The notes under the pieces were generated by a model. That model ran no database searches and was not told where the DNA came from. It saw nothing but the letters and a program-made list of their open reading frames with translations. Positions 36,701 to 46,298 of a stretch of 64,000 nt of DNA are shown here, one piece after another. Within the stretch, counting starts at the first letter, position 1. The number at the start of each line of letters is the position of its first letter. The stretch covers positions 2,816,001 through 2,880,000 of the forward strand of contig OZ220089.1 of the NCBI GenBank assembly GCA_964291625.2, written 5' to 3'. Origin of the DNA: Candidatus Latescibacterota bacterium. GTDB taxonomy: Bacteria; Latescibacterota; UBA2968; UBA8231. A program made the position numbers and the translations under genes.

Positions 36701-37954
36701 GTGGGCTACGAGCTCTTCGTCTCCCGGCGCTACCTGCAGTCCAAGCAGCGCCCGGGGTTCCTCTCCGTCATCGCCTTCATCGCCACCGGCGGCGTCGTCC
36801 TGGGCGTGGCCGCCCTGATCATCATGCTCTCCGTGACCAACGGCTTCACCGGCGAGGTGAGGGCCCGCCTCATCGGCATGAACGCCCACGTGAGCGTCTG
36901 GCGCTACCACGGCGACCCCATCGCCGCCGCCGACACCCTGGCCGACCACCTCGCCCGCCGTCCGGGGGTGGCGGCCACGGCGCCCATCGTCGAGAGCAAG
37001 CTCGTCCTCGCCAACGCCGAGGACGACATGGACGGCGTCGTCGTCTGGGGCGTCGACCCCGGCAGCTTCGCCGGCGTCTCCGACCTGCCCGCCCACCTGT
37101 ACTACGGCGACGACGGCGAGATGCACTTCCAGCCGCGGCCGGAGGGCGGCCCCCCGGGGATCATCCTCGGCCGCTCCCTGGCCAACCGGCTGCGCGTCGG
37201 TCTGGGAGACGTGGTCTTTCTCCTCTCCCTGCGGGAGCAGTCCCTCGAGGACGTCATGATCGGCGGCCTGTCGCCGAAGGTGCGGTCCTTCGTCGTCAAC
37301 AACCTCTTCGAGAGCGGCATGTTCCACTACGACGACAACTACGCCTTCATCTCCCTGGCAGAGGCGCGCGAGATCCTGGGCGTCGAAGGCGCCACCAACA
37401 TCCACCTCCGCCTCGACGATCTCGACGCTGCCATCAGCGTGCGCGAGGAGCTGGCCGAGCAGCTCGGCTACCCCTACAGGGTCTCCGACTGGACCCAGCA
37501 GTTCCCCGAGCTGTTCCATTGGATGGAGCTGGAGAAATGGGTGATCTTCATCGCCCTGAGCCTGATCATCGTCGTCGCCGCCTTCAACATCACCTCCATC
37601 CTCACCATGTCGATCCTCATCAAGACGCCCGAGATCGGCATCCTCCGCGCCATGGGGGCGCGCGCCCGGGGCATCGGCCGCGTCTTCCTCTACCAGGGGC
37701 TCTTCATCGGCCTCGTGGGGACCTTCCTCGGCTGCCTCATCGGCCTCGCCGTCTGCCTCGTCCAGGACCGCTTCCGCATCGTCTCCATCCCCAGCGACAT
37801 CTACATCATCAGCTCCCTCCCCGTGGACATGCAGCCCCTCGACTTCGTCCTCGTCTCGGCCGTGAGCGTCACCATCTGCCTGCTGGCGGCGGTGCTGCCG
37901 GCCCGCAAGGCCGCCTCCCTGCAGCCGGTGGAGGCGATCCGCTACATCGTGTGA
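36701..37954 (+). CDS. lolC: Lipoprotein-releasing ABC transporter permease (LolC/E type)
   Basis: GVAALIIMLSVTNGF, VAAFNI, EIGILRAMGA, PARKAA. Confidence 0.9.
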   Translation: MGYELFVSRRYLQSKQRPGFLSVIAFIATGGVVLGVAALIIMLSVTNGFTGEVRARLIGMNAHVSVWRYHGDPIAAADTLADHLARRPGVAATAPIVESKLVLANAEDDMDGVVVWGVDPGSFAGVSDLPAHLYYGDDGEMHFQPRPEGGPPGIILGRSLANRLRVGLGDVVFLLSLREQSLEDVMIGGLSPKVRSFVVNNLFESGMFHYDDNYAFISLAEAREILGVEGATNIHLRLDDLDAAISVREELAEQLGYPYRVSDWTQQFPELFHWMELEKWVIFIALSLIIVVAAFNITSILTMSILIKTPEIGILRAMGARARGIGRVFLYQGLFIGLVGTFLGCLIGLAVCLVQDRFRIVSIPSDIYIISSLPVDMQPLDFVLVSAVSVTICLLAAVLPARKAASLQPVEAIRYIV

Positions 37955-38673
37955 GTGCCGTGGAGACCATGGCCGCCGGACATCCGGCCCCGGCCCCGGG
38001 GACCCCCGTCCTGAAGGCTCGCGAAATCCGCCGGGTCTACCCCGCGGGGACCGGGGCCCTGGCGGTGCTCAAGGGCGTGGACCTCGACCTCTTCGCCGGC
38101 CAGACCCTCGCCGTCACCGGGGCCTCCGGCGTAGGCAAGAGCACCCTCCTCCACATCCTCGGCACCCTCGACCGGCCCACCGCGGGCAGCCTGGAGATCA
38201 CCGGTGTCGACGTCCTCTCCCTCGACGACCGCGGCCTCTCCGACTTCCGCAACCGCCACGTCGGTTTCGTCTTCCAGTTCCACAACCTGCTGCCCGAGTT
38301 CACCGCCCTCGAGAACGTGATGATGCCCGCCCTCGTCTCCCGCCTGGCCGGCGGCGGGCGGGAGCGCGCCGAGTCGCTGCTGGAGCAGGTCGGCCTCCGG
38401 GACCGCATGTCCCACCGCCCCGGACAGCTGTCCGGCGGCGAGTGCCAGCGCGTGGCCGTGGCCCGGGCCCTGGTCATGTCCCCGCTCCTGGTGCTGGCCG
38501 ACGAGCCTTCCGGCAACCTCGACCACGAGGCCAGCGCCGGTCTCCACGAGTTGCTGCGCGACCTCGCCGCCACCCGCGGGCAGACCTTCCTGGTCATGAC
38601 CCACGACCGCGACCTGGCGGCCAGTCTCGACCGCTCCGGCGAGCTCGTCGACGGCCGGCTGAGTCTCGACTGA
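37951..38673 (+). CDS. lolD: Lipoprotein-releasing ABC transporter ATPase
   Basis: GASGVGKST, GFVFQFHNLLPEFTALENV, LSGGECQR, ADEPSGNLD; start is GTG 37951 or ATG 37969. Confidence 0.92.
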   Translation: MSAVETMAAGHPAPAPGTPVLKAREIRRVYPAGTGALAVLKGVDLDLFAGQTLAVTGASGVGKSTLLHILGTLDRPTAGSLEITGVDVLSLDDRGLSDFRNRHVGFVFQFHNLLPEFTALENVMMPALVSRLAGGGRERAESLLEQVGLRDRMSHRPGQLSGGECQRVAVARALVMSPLLVLADEPSGNLDHEASAGLHELLRDLAATRGQTFLVMTHDRDLAASLDRSGELVDGRLSLD

Positions 38674-38675
38674 CC

Positions 38676-39179
38676 ATGCAGTGCGAGTCCTGCGGGAAGC
38701 GTGAGGCCGCCGTCGACCTCACCATCGTCTCCGGCGACGGCAAGCGCAGCCTGCAACTGTGCCGCCGCTGCGCCCGGCAGGAGAGCGGCGACCGGCCGAA
38801 GGCCCCGGCCAAGTCGGTCACCAAGATCAACGTCGTCCTCGGTCATCTCGCCGTCGAGAGCCAGGATGCCGAGTGCCCCGACTGCGGCCTCACCTACGAG
38901 CGCTTCCGCAAGAGCGGCCGCCTCGGCTGCCCCGCCTGCTACGCCGCCTTCGGGGCGCCCATGCGCCGGCTCCTGCGGCGCATTCACGGCGCCGACTCCC
39001 ACGTCGGCCGCCAGGCCCGGCCTTCGGGGGCTCCCGCCACCGCCGCCGGCGGCGACTCCGATCGCCGCGACCCCGGCCGTCTGGAGCAGTTGCGCCGCGA
39101 GCTGCAGCGGGCCGTCGAGGAGGAGGCCTACGAGAAGGCCGCCGAGCTGCGGGACCGCATCCGCCGGAGCGCGCCGTGA
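38676..39179 (+). CDS. mcsA: McsA (CxxC motifs + UVR domain), arginine kinase activator
   Basis: CESC, CRRC, CPDC, GRLGCPACY; EAYEKAAELRD UVR motif. Confidence 0.92.
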   Translation: MQCESCGKREAAVDLTIVSGDGKRSLQLCRRCARQESGDRPKAPAKSVTKINVVLGHLAVESQDAECPDCGLTYERFRKSGRLGCPACYAAFGAPMRRLLRRIHGADSHVGRQARPSGAPATAAGGDSDRRDPGRLEQLRRELQRAVEEEAYEKAAELRDRIRRSAP

Positions 39180-40234
39180 ACCTCGATCCCCTGATCGGCG
39201 CGACCCCCAGCTGGATGGGCGGCGGGGACGACGCCGACGGCATGGTCGTCAGCAGCCGCGTGCGCCTGGCCCGCAACCTCGCCGGCTATCCCTTCCCCGG
39301 GCGCATCAAGGCCGAGCAGCAGCAGCAGGTGATCGAGCAGGTCCTGTCCGCCGCCAGGGACAGCGCCTCGTTGGGCGATGCCACCTACTACCCCATGGGC
39401 CCCCTCGGCCACTCCGAGCGGCGGCTCCTCGTGGAGCGCCATCTCATCAGCCCCGCCCTGGCCGAGGACGACGGCGGCGGGGTCCTGTTCAACGGCGACG
39501 AGTCCCTCAGCGTGATGATCAACGAGGAGGACCACCTGCGCCTGCAGGCCATCCACCCGGGCACGAGGGGCCGCGAGGCCTGGGCCGCCGTCTCCTCCTT
39601 CGACGACGAGCTGCTGGGGGTCCTCTCCTGCGCCCACGATCCCGGCCTCGGCTTCCTCACCGCCTGTCCGACCAACACCGGCACCGGACTGCGCATCTCC
39701 GTCCTCATCCACCTGCCGGCCCTCGTCCTCACCGAGGAGATGGAGCGCGTCCTGCAGGGGCTCGGCCAGCTCTCCTTCGCCGTCCGCGGGGTCTACGGCG
39801 AGGGCTCCAACGCCGCCGGCAACCTCTTCCAGGTGTCGAACCAGGCAACCCTCGGCGCCGACGAGGACGGGATCGTCGACTCCCTCATCGCCATCACCGC
39901 CAGGCTGATCGAGTGCGAGCGCGACGCCCAGGAGGCGCTCATGGAGGAGGCGCGGGCCCAGGTGGAGGACAAGGTCTGGCGGGCCTGGGCCCTCCTCGGC
40001 AGCGCCCGCGTCCTGTCGAGCCAGGAGCTGATGAGCCTGCTGTCGGCGGTGCGCCTGGGCCGCACCCTCGGCCTCGTCGGCGGCGTGACCTCCAGCTTCC
40101 TCAACCACCTGATGATCGCCACCCAGCCCTCCCATCTGCGGGCCGAGGCCGGCACCGACCTCGAGGCGGAGGAGCGCGACATGCGGCGCGCCGACCTGGT
40201 CCGCCGCAGGATGGCGGAGGCCGAAAAACCCTGA
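39176..40234 (+). CDS. mcsB: Protein-arginine kinase McsB
   Basis: SSRVRLARN, LVERHLIS, INEEDHLR, TACPTNTGTG, QVSNQATLG. Confidence 0.95.
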   Translation: MNLDPLIGATPSWMGGGDDADGMVVSSRVRLARNLAGYPFPGRIKAEQQQQVIEQVLSAARDSASLGDATYYPMGPLGHSERRLLVERHLISPALAEDDGGGVLFNGDESLSVMINEEDHLRLQAIHPGTRGREAWAAVSSFDDELLGVLSCAHDPGLGFLTACPTNTGTGLRISVLIHLPALVLTEEMERVLQGLGQLSFAVRGVYGEGSNAAGNLFQVSNQATLGADEDGIVDSLIAITARLIECERDAQEALMEEARAQVEDKVWRAWALLGSARVLSSQELMSLLSAVRLGRTLGLVGGVTSSFLNHLMIATQPSHLRAEAGTDLEAEERDMRRADLVRRRMAEAEKP

Positions 40235-40257
40235 CCCGGGACCCCGGCCGGGGACCA

Positions 40258-40286
40258 TTGACACCGATTGGACCCCTCCGTAGCTT
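40258..40286 (+). promoter_or_regulatory. Internal sigma70 promoter upstream of clpC
   Basis: TTGACA-17 bp-TAGCTT. Confidence 0.65.
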
Positions 40287-40325
40287 GCCTTTCGATCGCC
40301 TGATAAACCCCGGAGGTTGTTGTAA

Positions 40326-42803
40326 ATGAACAACATGTTCACCGACGGCGTGAAGCGGGTCATGCAGTTCGCCCGGGAGGAATCCGCGCGCCTCGGGCAC
40401 AACTACATCGGGACCGAGCACCTCCTGCTGGGCATCATCAAGGAGGGCAAGGGGCGGGCGGTCACCGTCCTCACCAACCTGGGGCTCAACCTCGACACGG
40501 TGAAGCAGTCGGTGGAGGACTACGTGGCCACCTCCGGCGGCACCATGACCATCGGCGAGGTTCCCTTCACCCCGCGGGCCAAGCAGATCCTCGAGGTCGC
40601 GGCCAACGAGGCGAAGGAGATGAAGACCCAGTTCGTCGACGTCGAGCACCTCCTGCTGGCCCTGCTCAAGGACAAGGAGGGCGTCGCCGCCCAGATCCTC
40701 GCCGCCTTCGGCGTCGACTACAAGACGGCCATGGAAGAGACGGTGGCCGTCCTCGAGGGCAAGACCACGGGGCAGAGAGAGAAGGGCAAGAAGAGCAAGA
40801 CCCCCTTCCTCGACCACTTCGGCCGCGACCTGACCCAGTTCGCCCGCGAGGGCAAGCTCGATCCCGTCATCGGCCGCGAGAAAGAGATCGAGCGGGTCAC
40901 CCAGATCCTCTCCCGCCGCAAGAAGAACAACCCCATCCTCATCGGCGATCCCGGCGTCGGCAAGACCGCCATCGTCGAGGGTCTGGCGCAGCGCATCGTC
41001 GAGAAGCGCGTGCCCCAGATCCTCCTCGACAAGCGCCTGGTCACCCTCGACATGGGCGGCGTCGTGGCCGGCACCAAGTACCGGGGCCAGTTCGAGGAGC
41101 GCATCAAGGCCGTCCTCAACGAGCTCCACCAGACCCCCGACGTGGTCATCTTCATCGACGAGTTGCACACCATCGTCGGCGCCGGCAGCGCCGAGGGCAC
41201 CCTCGACGCCTCCAACATGTTCAAGCCGGCCCTGTCCCGGGGCGAGCTCCAGTGCATCGGCGCCACCACTCTCGACGAGTACCGCAAGTACATAGAGAAG
41301 GACGGCGCCCTCGAGCGCCGCTTCCAGTCGATCATGGTCGATCCGCCCTCGGTGGAGGACACGGTCGAGATCGTCAAGGGCCTGCGCTCCAACTACGAGA
41401 GCCACCACCACGTCACCTTCTCCGACGAGGTCGTCGCCTTCGCCGTGCGCCAGTCCGACCGCTACATATCCGACCGCTACCTGCCCGACAAGGCCATCGA
41501 CATCATCGACGAGACCGGCTCCCGGGTCCACCTCTCCCGCCTCAGCCCCCCCGACGAGATCGGGCGCCTGGAGGCGAAGATCCAGGAGATCGACCGCAGC
41601 AAGATGGAGCACTCCGAGAAGCAGGAGTTCGAGGAGGCCGCCCGCCTGCGCGACAAGGCCCACAACCTGCGCGAGAGTCTCCAGCAGAAGCGGCGCGCCT
41701 GGGAGGAGGAGGTTCGCAACGAGGTCGTCGAGGTCAGCGAGGACGACATCGCCGAGGTCATCTCCTCGGTCAGCGGCGTGCCCATGCAGCGCCTCGCCGC
41801 CAGCGAGAGCGAGCGCCTCCTCACCATGGAGGCCGACCTGCGCAAGCAGGTGGTGGGGCAGGAGCAGGCCATCGCCACCGTCTCCCGCGCCATCCGCCGC
41901 AGCCGCGCCGGCCTGCAGGATCCCAAGCGGCCCATCGGCTCCTTCTTCTTCCTGGGCCCCACGGGCGTCGGCAAGACCTACCTGGCCGCCAAGCTCGCCG
42001 AGTTCCTCTTCGGCGACGAGGAGGCCCTCGTCACCGTCGACATGTCCGAGTACATGGAGAAGTTCTCCGTCTCCCGGCTCATCGGCGCCCCTCCCGGCTA
42101 CGTCGGCTTCGACGAGGGCGGCCAGCTCACCGAGCGCGTGCGGCGCCGGCCCTATTCGGTGCTGCTCCTCGACGAGATGGAGAAGGCCCACCCCGACGTC
42201 TTCAACATCCTCCTGCAGATCCTCGACGAGGGTCGGCTCACCGACAGCACCGGGCGCAAGGTCGACTTCCGAAACACCGTGCTCATCATGACCTCCAACG
42301 TCGGCACCCGCGAGGTCGGCTCCGGCGGCGTCTTCGGCTTCCAGAAGTCCGACGAGGAGTCGATGCAGGCGCTCATGGAGGAGAAGATCAACGACTCCCT
42401 CAAGAAGACCTTCAACCCCGAGTTCATCAACCGCATCGACGATACCGTCATCTTCCACGCTCTCACGCGCGAGGATATCGCCCAGATCATCGACATCTTC
42501 CTCGCCGAGTACAAAACGCGGCTCGCCGACCGCGACATCCAGTTGCGGGTCACGCCGGGAGCCAAGGGTCTCGTCGCCGAGAAGGGCTTCGATCAGACCT
42601 ACGGCGCCCGCTACCTGCGGCGCACGGCGCAAAAACTGCTCGAGGACCCCCTCGCCGAAGAGATCCTCCAGGGGCGTTTCGGAGAGGGCAGCCGCATCCG
42701 CGTCACCAAGAAGGGAGAGGCCCTCGTCTTCGACGAGGAGGGCGAGCTCGCCGAGGCGACCGCCGCCAAGGCCGGGGAGAGGAAGTCCCAGGGAGCCGGC
42801 TGA
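40326..42803 (+). CDS. clpC: ATP-dependent Clp protease ATPase subunit ClpC
   Basis: Two Clp-N repeats, [11 protein letters not shown]-type M domain (FEEAARLRD), [11 protein letters not shown] ClpP-docking loop. Confidence 0.96.
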   Translation: MNNMFTDGVKRVMQFAREESARLGHNYIGTEHLLLGIIKEGKGRAVTVLTNLGLNLDTVKQSVEDYVATSGGTMTIGEVPFTPRAKQILEVAANEAKEMKTQFVDVEHLLLALLKDKEGVAAQILAAFGVDYKTAMEETVAVLEGKTTGQREKGKKSKTPFLDHFGRDLTQFAREGKLDPVIGREKEIERVTQILSRRKKNNPILIGDPGVGKTAIVEGLAQRIVEKRVPQILLDKRLVTLDMGGVVAGTKYRGQFEERIKAVLNELHQTPDVVIFIDELHTIVGAGSAEGTLDASNMFKPALSRGELQCIGATTLDEYRKYIEKDGALERRFQSIMVDPPSVEDTVEIVKGLRSNYESHHHVTFSDEVVAFAVRQSDRYISDRYLPDKAIDIIDETGSRVHLSRLSPPDEIGRLEAKIQEIDRSKMEHSEKQEFEEAARLRDKAHNLRESLQQKRRAWEEEVRNEVVEVSEDDIAEVISSVSGVPMQRLAASESERLLTMEADLRKQVVGQEQAIATVSRAIRRSRAGLQDPKRPIGSFFFLGPTGVGKTYLAAKLAEFLFGDEEALVTVDMSEYMEKFSVSRLIGAPPGYVGFDEGGQLTERVRRRPYSVLLLDEMEKAHPDVFNILLQILDEGRLTDSTGRKVDFRNTVLIMTSNVGTREVGSGGVFGFQKSDEESMQALMEEKINDSLKKTFNPEFINRIDDTVIFHALTREDIAQIIDIFLAEYKTRLADRDIQLRVTPGAKGLVAEKGFDQTYGARYLRRTAQKLLEDPLAEEILQGRFGEGSRIRVTKKGEALVFDEEGELAEATAAKAGERKSQGAG

Positions 42804-42843
42804 GCGGCTGTGATTCCGCCGGCCTTCAGCCCCAGACCCACGG

Positions 42844-42881
42844 CCGCCCTGTCCGCCGACACCACGCAGACAGGGCGGTTT
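42844..42881 (+). terminator. Putative terminator hairpin between clpC and bamA
   Basis: CCGCCCTGTC...GACAGGGCGG followed by TTT. Confidence 0.55.
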
Positions 42882-42949
42882 CGTCGAGGGTAACGACAAT
42901 CACGGGCGGTGAGCTACCGGGGCCGCCGCCCCCTCGAGGGAGACCAACG

Positions 42950-45265
42950 ATGGTCATGTCCCCATTTGCCCGGATCCCCGATCCAGCCTCCGCCATCCGC
43001 CGCGCCGCCCTTCTCTGCGCCGCTTTCGTCCTGCCCGCCCTGGGCCAGCCCACGGTCGAGGAGATCGAGATCCAGGGCGGCCTGCGGCGTGTCGCCGAGT
43101 CCCTGGTCCTCACCACCATCGGCCTCGAGCCCGGCGTCCACCTCTCCCAGGACAACGTGCAGGAGGCCGTGCGCGCCCTCGACGCCCTGCAGGTCTTCTC
43201 CGACATCCAGCTCTGGGCCGAGCCGGGAACCACCCCGCAGGGGCTCAAGCTGATCGTCGTCGTCGAGGAGTACCCCACCCTCGAGGCCCTGCGCTTCCGC
43301 GGCCAGGACGAGATCGACGAGGACGACATGGAGGAGGCCCTCGACCTCGTGGTGGGCCAGGTCGTCGCTCCCAAGGACGTCGCCCGAGGCCGCCAGCGCA
43401 TCCTCGAGATGTACGGCGACAAGGGCTACCTGCGGGCCGAGGTGGAGGGCCAGCTCTTCGACGGCGACGAGGAGGGCTCGAAGGTCCTGCAGTACGACAT
43501 CGAGGAAGGCGACAAGGTCAAGATCGCCGCCATCGAGGTCCTCGGGAACGAGGCTTTCGACGACGACCAGGTCCGCAAGCAGATGGAGACCAAGCCCAAG
43601 CGCTGGTACCGCAAGGGCGAGTTCCAGGCCGAGGTCTTCGCCGAGGACAAGCAGCGCATCCTCGCCTTCTACCGCTCCGAGGGCTACCAGCAGGCCGTCA
43701 TCCTGCGCGACAGCATCTACTACGACGACAGCCGGCGCCGCCTCTACATCGACCTCGAGGTCGACGAGGGGCGCCAGTACTTCGTCCGCGACCTGGCGTG
43801 GGAGGGCAACGAGCTCTTCACCGACGACGAGCTGGCCCGCGAGATGAAGGTGGAGGAGGGCGACATCTTCCAGTACTCCGCCACCGAGCTGGCCTTTCTC
43901 GCCAAGAGCGCCTACTACGAGCGCGGCTATCTCGACACCGAGGTCATCCCCCACGAGCAGATCCTCGGCGACAGCATCGACGTCACCTTCCAGGTCTTCG
44001 AGGGCGAACCCTGGCGCATCCGCCGCATCGACTTCGCCGGCAACGTCAAGACCCGCGAGAAGGTCCTGCGCCGCGAGCTGGCCATGCGCCCCGGCGAGAT
44101 CTTCAAGTCGAGTCAGCTCCAGGAGAGCCAGCGCCGCCTCTACATGCTCGGCTTCTTCAAGGAGGTGCAGGTCCAGGATCAGGCCAGCGCCGCCGGCGAC
44201 AACAAGCAGATCGACCTGACCTTCAACGTCGAGGAGCAGCGCACCGGCGCCGCCTCCATGGGCGCCGGCTACAGCGACACCTACAAGCTCGTCGGCAACA
44301 TCGGGCTGCAGATCCCCAACTTCCGCGGCCTCGGGCAGAGCCTCGACTTCAACTGGGAGTTCGGCACCCGGCGCAAGCAGTTCCTCATGGGCTTCACCGA
44401 GCCCTGGCTCTTCGACACGCCCACCAGCACCTCCGTGCGCGTCTACAGCCTCACCCAGCAGTACCTCGAGGCCTTCGACTTCCACCGCAACTCGATCAGC
44501 GTCCGCCTCGGTCGCCGCCTCAAGAAGCCGGCCTTCTCCTCCGTCACCCTGGGCTATCAGCTCCGCGACCAGAAATACAGCGACTTCGCCCCCGACTTCG
44601 ACTCGGACCTGCCCCAGTACGAGGCCCAGACCACCTCCAGCCTCGAGCTCGTCTTCCGCAGGGACACGCGCGACCTGCCCGACTTCCCCACCCGCGGCTC
44701 GGTGATCAGCTACACGCCCGAGCTGGCCTCCTCCCTCATCGCCGGCGACGTCGACTTCCACCGCCACGAGCTCACCGCCAACATCTACCGGCCCAGCTTC
44801 TGGCGTTTCGTCATCGCCCTGGAGACCAGGTTCGCCCTCATCGACGGGTTCTCGCGCTGGGACGACGCCCACATCACCTTCTGGGACAAGTTCACGCCCG
44901 GCGGCGTCGACTTGTGGGACGGCCAGGTGCGCGGCTATCCCGATGCCTCCCTCGGCCCCCGCGACGCCCTCGGCCGGCCCCTCGGCGGCCGCTCGATGAT
45001 GACCATGAACCTGGAGTACCGCTTCCCCATCACCGAACGCCAGGTGGTGGGCCTGGCCTTCGCCGACGCCGGCAACGCCTGGGCCGGCATCCGCGGCTTC
45101 AATCCCCTCGATGTCCGCCGGTCCGTCGGCATCGGCTTCCGCGTGCTCACCCCCATGCTCGGCATGATCGGCTTCGACTTCGCCTACGGCTTCGACCGCC
45201 GCAAGGTCGACGGCCGGGCGCCCGGTATGAGCACTCACTTCCAGTTCGGTCCGCGCTTCTTCTGA
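42950..45265 (+). CDS. bamA: Outer-membrane protein assembly factor BamA
   Basis: POTRA repeats (GNVKTREKVLRREL), VRGY motif, FADAGNAW, C-terminal HFQFGPRFF. Confidence 0.95.
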   Translation: MVMSPFARIPDPASAIRRAALLCAAFVLPALGQPTVEEIEIQGGLRRVAESLVLTTIGLEPGVHLSQDNVQEAVRALDALQVFSDIQLWAEPGTTPQGLKLIVVVEEYPTLEALRFRGQDEIDEDDMEEALDLVVGQVVAPKDVARGRQRILEMYGDKGYLRAEVEGQLFDGDEEGSKVLQYDIEEGDKVKIAAIEVLGNEAFDDDQVRKQMETKPKRWYRKGEFQAEVFAEDKQRILAFYRSEGYQQAVILRDSIYYDDSRRRLYIDLEVDEGRQYFVRDLAWEGNELFTDDELAREMKVEEGDIFQYSATELAFLAKSAYYERGYLDTEVIPHEQILGDSIDVTFQVFEGEPWRIRRIDFAGNVKTREKVLRRELAMRPGEIFKSSQLQESQRRLYMLGFFKEVQVQDQASAAGDNKQIDLTFNVEEQRTGAASMGAGYSDTYKLVGNIGLQIPNFRGLGQSLDFNWEFGTRRKQFLMGFTEPWLFDTPTSTSVRVYSLTQQYLEAFDFHRNSISVRLGRRLKKPAFSSVTLGYQLRDQKYSDFAPDFDSDLPQYEAQTTSSLELVFRRDTRDLPDFPTRGSVISYTPELASSLIAGDVDFHRHELTANIYRPSFWRFVIALETRFALIDGFSRWDDAHITFWDKFTPGGVDLWDGQVRGYPDASLGPRDALGRPLGGRSMMTMNLEYRFPITERQVVGLAFADAGNAWAGIRGFNPLDVRRSVGIGFRVLTPMLGMIGFDFAYGFDRRKVDGRAPGMSTHFQFGPRFF

Positions 45266-45300
45266 GCCGGCCGGCCCACCCCCGACTGAGCGAAAACCGA

Positions 45301-45852
45301 ATGATCCGATTCCGCGGCCTTCCGGCCCTCCTCGCCGCCGGCCTGCTCCTGCCGGTCCTGCCTTCCAGCGCCGAGATCAAGATCGGCTACATCGACTCCG
45401 AGGTCCTGCGCGAGCGCATGGACGAGTTCAAGGACATCCAGCGGCAGCTCGACCGGCTCACCCAGGGCTACCAGCAGGAGGCCATGGACCGCGAGAGCCA
45501 GCTGGTGAAGATGCGGGAAGACTTCCGCAAGCAGGAGCTGCTCATGAGCGAGGCCCGCAAGGCCGAGCTCGCGGCGGAGTTCGAGCAGGCGGTGCAGGAT
45601 CTCCAGCAGTTCACGCAACAGAAGCTGGGCCCCGACGGCGAGGTCTTCCAGAAGAACATCGAGCTCTCGGCGCCGATCTTCGAGAGGGTCAACGAGGCCC
45701 TCAAGAAGCTGGCCGAGGACGAGGGCTTCGACTTCATCTTCGACATCGCCGGCGGCGGGGGAATCGTCTACGCCGACCCGGACCGTTACAACCTCACCGA
45801 GAAACTCCTGGCCCTTCTCGCCGAGGAGCGCGAGGAGGAGAGCAGTCCTTGA
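45301..45852 (+). CDS. skp: Periplasmic chaperone Skp/OmpH
   Basis: Signal peptide; KIGYIDSE; coiled coil; GFDFIFD...YAD...NLT. Confidence 0.92.
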   Translation: MIRFRGLPALLAAGLLLPVLPSSAEIKIGYIDSEVLRERMDEFKDIQRQLDRLTQGYQQEAMDRESQLVKMREDFRKQELLMSEARKAELAAEFEQAVQDLQQFTQQKLGPDGEVFQKNIELSAPIFERVNEALKKLAEDEGFDFIFDIAGGGGIVYADPDRYNLTEKLLALLAEEREEESSP

Positions 45853-46298
45853 GCGATCCCCTGGATCTGCAGGGTATCAAAGAGGCGATCCCCCACCGCT
45901 ACCCCTTTCTGCTCGTCGACCGCATCCTCGAGCTCGACCCGGGAGAGCGCATCCTGGGGCTCAAGAACGTCACCGGCGGCGAGCCCTTCTTCGCCGGCCA
46001 CTTCCCCGACTTTCCCGTCATGCCCGGGGTTCTCATCGTCGAGGGCCTCGCCCAGACCGGCGCCGTCCTCATGATGCGCGAAGCCGGGCCCGGGCAGCTC
46101 CCCTTCTTCGGCGGCATCGACAAGGCGAGGTTCCGCCGCCAGGTCGTTCCCGGCGACCAGCTCCTTCTGGAGGTGACGGTCCTGCAGCGGCGCAGCGGGG
46201 CCTGCCGTTTGCGCGGCATCGCCCGTGTCGGCCGGGACGTGGCCGTGCAGGCCGACATCCTCGCCGTGGTTGGCCCCGCATCGCCGGGAGCCTCTTGA
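45849..46298 (+). CDS. fabZ: 3-hydroxyacyl-ACP dehydratase
   Basis: IPHRYPFLLVDRI, FFAGHFP, PVMPGVLIVEGLAQ; TTGA overlap. Confidence 0.96.
   Translation: MSDPLDLQGIKEAIPHRYPFLLVDRILELDPGERILGLKNVTGGEPFFAGHFPDFPVMPGVLIVEGLAQTGAVLMMREAGPGQLPFFGGIDKARFRRQVVPGDQLLLEVTVLQRRSGACRLRGIARVGRDVAVQADILAVVGPASPGAS

Noticed and set aside
6834-42899. Very long antisense ORFs (e.g. 6834-9566, 14009-16576, 26481-29195, 40101-42899)
   Set aside because: Mirror frames of real genes caused by GC3 bias; no recognisable motifs
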